Shown here: one piece after another, positions 9,651-14,896 of the stretch
How positions within the stretch are numbered: the first letter of the stretch is position 1
Layout of the letters: each line of letters begins with the position of its first letter
Origin: Candidatus Methylomirabilia bacterium
Lineage (GTDB): Bacteria > Methylomirabilota > Methylomirabilia > Rokubacteriales > CSP1-6
Length of the DNA stretch: 14,896 bases
Assembly (NCBI GenBank): GCA_041492755.1
Contig: JBGPXN010000106.1
Span: 1-14,896, forward strand
Reading direction: 5' to 3'
Position numbers and translations under genes: made by a program
The notes under the pieces: generated by a model
What the model saw: the letters and a program-made list of their open reading frames with translations, nothing else
The model's database searches: none
Told to the model about the DNA's origin: nothing

Positions 9651-10524
9651 GCGCGGATCGGCGGAGCTCGAGCGTGGTCCAGCCCTCCCGCGACAGCCGG
9701 GCCACGGGAGCGAAGCCGCGCCGGGCGACGTGCGCTTCCAGCTCGTCGGCCTCGCCGTCGAGGATGCCGCCGAGGATCGCGGTCCCGGCGGGCGCGACGA
9801 GATCCGCGTAGCGGCCCGCCAGTCGCCGATGCAGAGGCGCGAGGAGATTGGCCAGCACGAGCGGGGTGGTGCCGGTGTCGACGGTGGCGGCATCGGCGAC
9901 GAGACACCGCACCCGGGCGGCGACGCCGTTGTGCTCGGTGTTGACACGCGCGTTCTCGACCGCGTCCGGATCGTCGTCGACCGCGAGCACGTCGATGATG
10001 CCGAGACAGGCGGCGGCGATGGCCAGGATTCCGGAGCCGGTCCCGAGGTCGAGCGCCCGCGCTGGCGCGCCGGCGTCCACCACGTCTTCGAGCCGTTCGA
10101 GGCAGCCCACGGTGGTGGCGTGTTGACCGGTGCCGAACGCGCGCCCGGGCTCGATCACGATGGTGTGCCGCCCGGCGGCGGCGATGGGATCCCACGGCGG
10201 CGCGATGAGGAGTGTCCGGCCCACCGGCCGCGGGCGGAAGTGCTCGCGCCACGCGGTTGCCCACCCTGGATCCTCGAGCGCGCTCACCGTCGCCTCGAGA
10301 GGAACACGGAAGCCGAGGGCGCGGAGCCCGCTCACGTAGTCGCGGAGGCGGGCCGCGAGATCGTCGGCGTCGGTGGTGCCGGGGAAGAAGGCGCGCACGG
10401 CGGGCGTGCTTGCCGGCGACTCTTCTTCGATGACGCCGACGGCGCCCTGCTCCCACAGGAAGTTGACGATGCCCTCAGTGGCCTCGCCGGGGGCGGTGAC
10501 CACCACCTGCCACCAGGCGTCCAC
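9625..10524 (-). CDS. prmA: Ribosomal protein L11 methyltransferase
   Basis: W..AWREHFRP, IEPGRAFGTGQHATT, LDLGTGSGILAIAA and ANLLA. Follows dnaJ as usual; overlaps the rsmE start by 26 bp. Confidence 0.93.
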   Translation of the reverse strand: MDAWWQVVVTAPGEATEGIVNFLWEQGAVGVIEEESPASTPAVRAFFPGTTDADDLAARLRDYVSGLRALGFRVPLEATVSALEDPGWATAWREHFRPRPVGRTLLIAPPWDPIAAAGRHTIVIEPGRAFGTGQHATTVGCLERLEDVVDAGAPARALDLGTGSGILAIAAACLGIIDVLAVDDDPDAVENARVNTEHNGVAARVRCLVADAATVDTGTTPLVLANLLAPLHRRLAGRYADLVAPAGTAILGGILDGEADELEAHVARRGFAPVARLSREGWTTLELRRSAHASLHPRA

Positions 10525-10527
10525 GCG

Positions 10528-11616
10528 CTACTCGAGCAGCTTCTTCATCCGCTCCAGGAACGAGGACAGGAGCGGGCCGCCGTGACCCTTCGACGCGTCG
10601 TCGAACGCTTCCAGCGCCTCGCGCTGCTTCGCGTTCAGCTTGTGCGGCACCTCGAGGATGAGCCGATAGCAGGCATCGCCCTGGCCGCGCTCGCGCAGCC
10701 GGGGCAGGCCCTTGCCGCGCAGCTTCTGGATCTGGTGCGGCTGACTGCCCGCAGCGACCTTGAGCTTGGCGGTGCCGCCCAGCACCGGCACCTCGATCTC
10801 GGTGCCGAGCGCGAGCTGCGAGAACGTCACCGGCAGGTCGCAGAAGAGATCGGCGCCGTCGCGCGCGAAGAGCTGATGCTCGCGCACGCGGACGAGGACG
10901 TAGAGGTCGCCCGGCGGCGCGCCGCCGATGCCCACCGCGCCCTCGCCGGTCAGACGGAGCGACATCCCGTCCTCGATGCCGCCGGGGATCTTGACCTGAA
11001 GCAGGTGCTCGCCCCGCTGCCGGCCTTCGCCGCGACACGCAGGACACGGATGGCGGTTCATCTCGCCTTCGCCCCGACACTTGGGACACGTCCGCGCGAC
11101 GGTGAGGAATCCCTGCGACAGGCGCACCTGGCCGCGCCCCTGGCACGTCTCGCAGACTTCGCGCTTGTGACCGGGCTCGACCCCGGAGCCGTTGCACGTC
11201 CCGCACGGCTCCGGCCGCGGGATCTGGATCTTGGTCTCGATGCCGGTCGCCGCCTCCTCGAGCGTGAGCTTCAGCTCGTATTGGAGATCCTCGCCGCGCG
11301 CGGCCCGGCCGCGCCGGCCACCGCCGCCGCCGGTGAAGAAGCTCTCGAAGATGTCCTCGAAGAGCGTGCCGAAGCCGGTGTCGCTGAAGCCGCCGGCCGG
11401 TCCGGCCGTGCCGAAGCGATCGTAGTGTGCGCGCTTGTCGGGGTCGGAGAGGACGGCGTACGCCTCGTTGCACTCCTTGAAGCGCTCTTCCGCCTGCTTG
11501 TCGCCCGGGTTGCGGTCCGGGTGGAACTGCATGGCGAGCTGCCGGTACGCCTTCTTGAGCTCGTTCTCGCCGGCGTCGCGCCCGACGCCGAGGACCTCGT
11601 AGTAGTCGCGCGGCAC
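10528..11616 (-). CDS. dnaJ: Chaperone DnaJ (class A)
   Basis: J-domain DYYEVLGV...HPDRNP, a G/F region, and four CxxCxGxG repeats (CGTCNGSG, CETCQGRG, CPKCRGEG, CPACRGEG). Confidence 0.96.
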   Translation of the reverse strand: MPRDYYEVLGVGRDAGENELKKAYRQLAMQFHPDRNPGDKQAEERFKECNEAYAVLSDPDKRAHYDRFGTAGPAGGFSDTGFGTLFEDIFESFFTGGGGGRRGRAARGEDLQYELKLTLEEAATGIETKIQIPRPEPCGTCNGSGVEPGHKREVCETCQGRGQVRLSQGFLTVARTCPKCRGEGEMNRHPCPACRGEGRQRGEHLLQVKIPGGIEDGMSLRLTGEGAVGIGGAPPGDLYVLVRVREHQLFARDGADLFCDLPVTFSQLALGTEIEVPVLGGTAKLKVAAGSQPHQIQKLRGKGLPRLRERGQGDACYRLILEVPHKLNAKQREALEAFDDASKGHGGPLLSSFLERMKKLLE

Positions 11617-11619
11617 GGG

Positions 11620-12153
11620 TTAGGCGGCGTCCTCGTCGGGCGCCGCGGCGACGGCGACCTGGGCGGCGCGCAGCACGCGGCCGTTGAGCAGGTATCCGGG
11701 AGTGATCTCGGCGATGACGGTGTCGGGCGGATGATCGGCGCTCACCACCCGCGCGGTGGCTTCGTGCCGGGTGGGATCGAACGCCGCGCCGAGCGCGGAG
11801 TAGCGGGTGACGCCGGCGCGCTCGAGCACGCGGAGTAGCTCGCGCTGGATCAGCTCGATACCTTCCACCACCTTGGCGGCCCCGCCCGTGGAGCGGACCG
11901 CCTGCAGGGCGCGGTCGAAGTTGTCGACCACCGGGATGAGGTCCTTGAGGAGCGACTCGTTGGCGAACTTGACGTACTCGTCCTTCTCGCGCTGTGTCCG
12001 CCGCCTCAGATTGTCCATCTCCGCGAGCGTGCGGAGCACCCGGTCCTGCTTCTCCGCCACCTCCGCCCGCAGCCGCTCCACCTCGGACGTCTCCGCCGCC
12101 GCGGCGCCGTCGCCGCCGGCAGGCCCATTGAACCGCTCGTCGCCGTCGCTCAT
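11620..12153 (-). CDS. grpE: Nucleotide exchange factor GrpE
   Basis: From ATG 12153: RTLAEMDNLRRR, DLIPVVDNFDRAL, FDPTRHEA and GYLLNGRVLRAAQVAV. The longer 12867 ORF overlaps hrcA and its extension is spurious. Confidence 0.93.
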   Translation of the reverse strand: MSDGDERFNGPAGGDGAAAAETSEVERLRAEVAEKQDRVLRTLAEMDNLRRRTQREKDEYVKFANESLLKDLIPVVDNFDRALQAVRSTGGAAKVVEGIELIQRELLRVLERAGVTRYSALGAAFDPTRHEATARVVSADHPPDTVIAEITPGYLLNGRVLRAAQVAVAAAPDEDAA

Positions 12154-12162
12154 ATGTCTTGA

Positions 12163-12171
12163 ATTATAGCA
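12163..12171 (-). promoter_or_regulatory. Extended -10 promoter (TGcTATAAT) for grpE-dnaJ
   Basis: Minus strand TGCTATAAT, 9 nt upstream of the grpE ATG. Confidence 0.7.
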
Positions 12172-12185
12172 GCCGCGCCCGGGGC

Positions 12186-12294
12186 GCCGGTTCGAGCGCG
12201 GGCTTCGCCCGCGCAATCCTGTTTTGGGGGGGAGGCAGTGGAGCGGGCCGCCAGGCCCGCGGAGCGTCGGAAGGGGGGCGCAGCCCCCCTCCGA
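12186..12294. repeat. Bipartite palindromic intergenic repeat, copy 2 (with an extra internal hairpin)
   Basis: GCCGGTTCGA + GCGCGGGC-TTC-GCCCGCGC, TG7 at 12225-12232, inserted GCGGGCC-GCCA-GGCCCGC (12243-12260), and TCGGA(A)GGGGGGC-GCA-GCCCCCCTCCGA (12267-12294). Confidence 0.75.
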
Positions 12295-12296
12295 GC

Positions 12297-13319
12297 CTAG
12301 GAAGGTAGGTACAAGTCCTGTCTGACCCTGGACAGCGCATCGGTGACCTGGCGCGCGGTCTCGTTCACGATCGAGATGACCTCCGGGTACGGCAGCCGCC
12401 GCGGGCCCACCACGCCCAGGATGCCGAGCACCTGGTCGCGGTACATGTAGGTGGAGGTGATCAGCGTGCACTCGCGCATCGCCGCGTACGGGTTCTCTTC
12501 GCCGATCGTCACGCGCACGCCGTTTTCGTCGGCGAGCGAGGCCATGAGATCGGCGATGCGCTCTTTCTGCTCGAACGTCCGCAGCAGCTCGCGCGTCGTC
12601 TCGATGTCGAAGAACTCCGGATGGTCGAGGATATTGGTGGCGCCGCTGATGTAGAGCGTGCGGCCGCCGAGGAGCGCGGTGATCTGCTCGGTGACGCCGC
12701 GCGCCCGGGTGTGGAGCTCGTCGAGCGGGTCCACCGGCGAGCGCTCCATGTCGAGGATGTCGGCGACCGTCCGCCCCGCGTACCGGCGCGCCAGCTCGCG
12801 GCCGAGCTTGCGCACTTCGTCGGCCGACAGCACCGGATCGAGGGTGATCGTCCGCACGGTGACCCATCCCGAGTCGGTGACGAGCACGGCGAGCGCGCGC
12901 TCGGGCTCGAGCGGCAGCAGCTCCACGCGCGCGATCGTCGTGTGCTGGAGCGGCGGCGCCAGCAGCAGCCCGGTCATGTGTGTTAGCGCCGACAGGTCGG
13001 TCGACGTCCGCTCCATGAACCCGTCGATGCCGGACGCGCGCGCCGGCAGCGGCTCCCGGGGCCGTGTCCGGGCCTTCTCCGCAGGCGGAAACGACTCGAC
13101 GTAGAAGCGGTAGGCCTTGTCCGTCGGCACCCGCCCTGCGCTCGTGTGGGGCTGGGCCAGGTAACCGAGGTCCTCGAGATCGGCCATGGTGTTGCGGATG
13201 GTGGCCGGCGACAGGTTCGCGAAATAGCGCTTGGCGAGGAGGCGCGAGCCCACGGGCTGGGCGGAGTCGATGTATTCGCGGATGAGCGCGATCAGGACTT
13301 CCCGCTGGCGTGGATCCAT
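12297..13319 (-). CDS. hrcA: Heat-inducible transcription repressor HrcA
   Basis: RQREVLIALIREYIDSAQPVGS, SPATIRNTMADLEDLGYLAQPHTSAGRVPTDKAYRFYV and GILGVVGPRRLPY. Start is ATG 13319 or 13325. Confidence 0.95.
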   Translation of the reverse strand: MDPRQREVLIALIREYIDSAQPVGSRLLAKRYFANLSPATIRNTMADLEDLGYLAQPHTSAGRVPTDKAYRFYVESFPPAEKARTRPREPLPARASGIDGFMERTSTDLSALTHMTGLLLAPPLQHTTIARVELLPLEPERALAVLVTDSGWVTVRTITLDPVLSADEVRKLGRELARRYAGRTVADILDMERSPVDPLDELHTRARGVTEQITALLGGRTLYISGATNILDHPEFFDIETTRELLRTFEQKERIADLMASLADENGVRVTIGEENPYAAMRECTLITSTYMYRDQVLGILGVVGPRRLPYPEVISIVNETARQVTDALSRVRQDLYLPS

Positions 13320-13326
13320 CGCCATG

Positions 13327-13355
13327 CTTCTAACGCCCGCTCCCGGTGAAGTCAA
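13327..13355 (-). promoter_or_regulatory. Putative sigma-70 promoter of hrcA (TTGACT-17-TAGAAG)
   Basis: -35 TTGACT (13355-13350), a 17-nt spacer, and -10-like TAGAAG (13332-13327) that lacks the final T. ATG 13319 follows after 7 nt. Confidence 0.5.
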
Positions 13356-13376
13356 ACCGCGGGCCCGCGCCGGGCT

Positions 13377-14564
13377 TCACAGGACGTCCACGAACAGCGT
13401 GTCGGAGACGAGGAAGCCGGCCTCGGTGAGCCGCACGCGCCCGGCGTCCTCGAGGAGCAGCCCGGCCTCACGCCACGCGGCCACGCGGGGCTGGAGGGAG
13501 GGCGATTCTTCGATCCGAGTCTCCAGCCAGCCCGCGGGAACGCCCTCCGCCGTGCGCAGCCCGAGGAACAGCCGCTCCGCATGCGCCTGATCCGGTGTCA
13601 GCCACTCGTGCTCCTCGATCGGCAGCGCCCCCTCCTCGACGAGGCGGCAGTAGCGTGCGACGGCGCGCGCGTCGCCGTAGCGCAGGTTGCCCACGAATCC
13701 GCACGCGCCCGGGCCGGCCGCGAGATACTCGCCGCGACCCCAGTAGATCTGGTTGTGGCGCGAGCGATGGCCGGGGCGCGCGTAGTTCGAGATTTCGTAG
13801 TGCTCGTAGCCCCGCGCGGCGGCCACGCCCGCCAGCCGCCAGTACTGCCCCACCACGGTTTCCTCGGGCGGCAACCCGGCGACCCCGCGGGCCCCCCACA
13901 CGCTTCCGGCATCGAGGGTCAGACCATACGCGGAGAGGTGGTCGGGCTCCCAGTCCAGGACGGCGTCGATCGTGCGCGTCCAGCCCTCGGCGTCGAGTCC
14001 GGGGAGCCCGTACATGAGATCGACGCTGACGTCGGTGAAGCCGGCCGCGCGGGCCGCGTCGAAGGCCGCGCGCGCGTCGGCGGCGCTGTGCAGGCGGCCG
14101 AGGAGGGGAAGGATGGCGTCGTCGAGCGTCTGCACGCCCAGGCTGATTCGCGTCGCCCCGACCGCGCGGTAGCCTTCGAGCTTGGCGCGATCGACGCTTT
14201 CCGGGTTGCATTCGACCGTGACCTCGGCCCCGGGCCCGACCGTGAAGCGGTCCCGCACGGCGTCGAGGATGGCGCCGAGATCGTCGACCGACAGGACGGA
14301 CGGCGTGCCGCCGCCGAGGAAGACGGTGGCCAGCGATACCCGGCTCGCCCACCGCGCGCGCGCCAGCAGTCCCAGCTCCGCCATGACGGCCGCGCGATAC
14401 CGCGCGATCCCACGGCCGTCCTCCAGGGGCGCCGTGTTGAACGAGCAGAAATCGCACCGCTGCGCACAGAACGGCACGTGGACGTACAGTCCCAAGCAAT
14501 CCGACTCGGGAGTGGCTCTGCCGAGTTCGCCGAGTTCGGACGTGAGCGGGTCAGACCGGATCAT
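13377..14564 (-). CDS. hemW: Radical SAM heme chaperone HemW (HemN-like)
   Basis: LYVHVPFCAQRCDFCSF (CxxxCxxC), FLGGGTPS, ECNPES, RISLGVQ, DLMYGLPG, HLSAYGL, YEISNYA and HNQIYW. Standard position upstream of hrcA. Confidence 0.9.
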   Translation of the reverse strand: MIRSDPLTSELGELGRATPESDCLGLYVHVPFCAQRCDFCSFNTAPLEDGRGIARYRAAVMAELGLLARARWASRVSLATVFLGGGTPSVLSVDDLGAILDAVRDRFTVGPGAEVTVECNPESVDRAKLEGYRAVGATRISLGVQTLDDAILPLLGRLHSAADARAAFDAARAAGFTDVSVDLMYGLPGLDAEGWTRTIDAVLDWEPDHLSAYGLTLDAGSVWGARGVAGLPPEETVVGQYWRLAGVAAARGYEHYEISNYARPGHRSRHNQIYWGRGEYLAAGPGACGFVGNLRYGDARAVARYCRLVEEGALPIEEHEWLTPDQAHAERLFLGLRTAEGVPAGWLETRIEESPSLQPRVAAWREAGLLLEDAGRVRLTEAGFLVSDTLFVDVL

Positions 14565-14622
14565 GTCCCATCACGAAAAGGAGGCCGCGGGGGCGGCGGA
14601 TACTTCGTCAACGCTTCGAAGA

Positions 14623-14644
14623 TGACACGAGGCAACTCGTGTCA
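14623..14644. terminator. Perfect 9-bp hairpin downstream of the lepB stop
   Basis: TGACACGAG-GCAA-CTCGTGTCA. No strong U-tract. Confidence 0.4.
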
Positions 14645-14652
14645 GGGACGTC

Positions 14653-14896
14653 TCACGGGATGTATTTCCCCAGACGCCACCAGCGCAGCCAGTGGCGGTC
14701 GCTGTCCCAGGACCAGTAGGTGAGGAAGGCCTTGCCCTTGATCTTCCCGCGGCGGACGAACCCCCAGTAGCGGCTGTCCTGCGAGTTGTCGCGGTTGTCG
14801 CCCATCACGAAGTAGGAGTCGGCCGGCACGCGGGTCAGCTCGCACCCGTACGCGTAGCCGCAGTAACCCTGGCCGTGCGCGACGCCGCTGGTGGAC
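14653..14896 (-). CDS. lepB: Signal peptidase I, C-terminal part (truncated by the window)
   Basis: My translation of the minus strand gives ...VPADSYFVMGDNRDNSQDSRYWGFVRRGKIKGKAFLTYWSWD...KYIP*, containing box E (GDNRDNSxDSR). Confidence 0.92.
   Translation of the reverse strand, partial: STSGVAHGQGYCGYAYGCELTRVPADSYFVMGDNRDNSQDSRYWGFVRRGKIKGKAFLTYWSWDSDRHWLRWWRLGKYIP

Noticed and set aside
7158..12294. CRISPR array or autonomous IS interpretation of the repeats
   Set aside because: The copies are dispersed, not regularly spaced, and there are no cas or transposase genes, terminal inverted repeats or clear target-site duplications.
14521..14538. Tandem CCGAGTTCG x2 in the hemW 5' end
   Set aside because: A short in-frame duplication encoding ELGELG in a variable N-terminus; no sign of function.

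Overview
High-GC bacterial chromosomal window, almost entirely coding. One long minus-strand gene run reads lepB (partial) - hemW - hrcA - grpE - dnaJ - prmA - rsmE - archease - lpxC - DUF4390-like - NtrY-like kinase - NtrX-like sigma-54 regulator - fdrA-like. It converges on a plus-strand RibD C-terminal-type reductase, and a possible membrane protein starts at the left edge. The lineage is probably a diderm, possibly Ca. Rokubacteria/Methylomirabilota (my impression from gene order and repeat style, not verified). The most interesting signals are intergenic. (1) Three copies of a bipartite palindromic element (TTCGAG + GGC-TTY-GCC hairpin + TG7 + G6/C6 hairpin) with a compensatory change, each just after a stop codon; two of them lie exactly 17 bp from a TATAAT box. 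(2) A consensus sigma-54 promoter with IHF-like and enhancer-like sites in front of lpxC, upstream of a GAFTGA-intact NtrYX-like pair. (3) Repeated leaderless or near-leaderless promoter geometry. (4) A heat-shock operon lacking dnaK and CIRCE but carrying an archease without rtcB. Several start sites were moved from the ORF track by eye, and all products are assigned from motifs without database searches.
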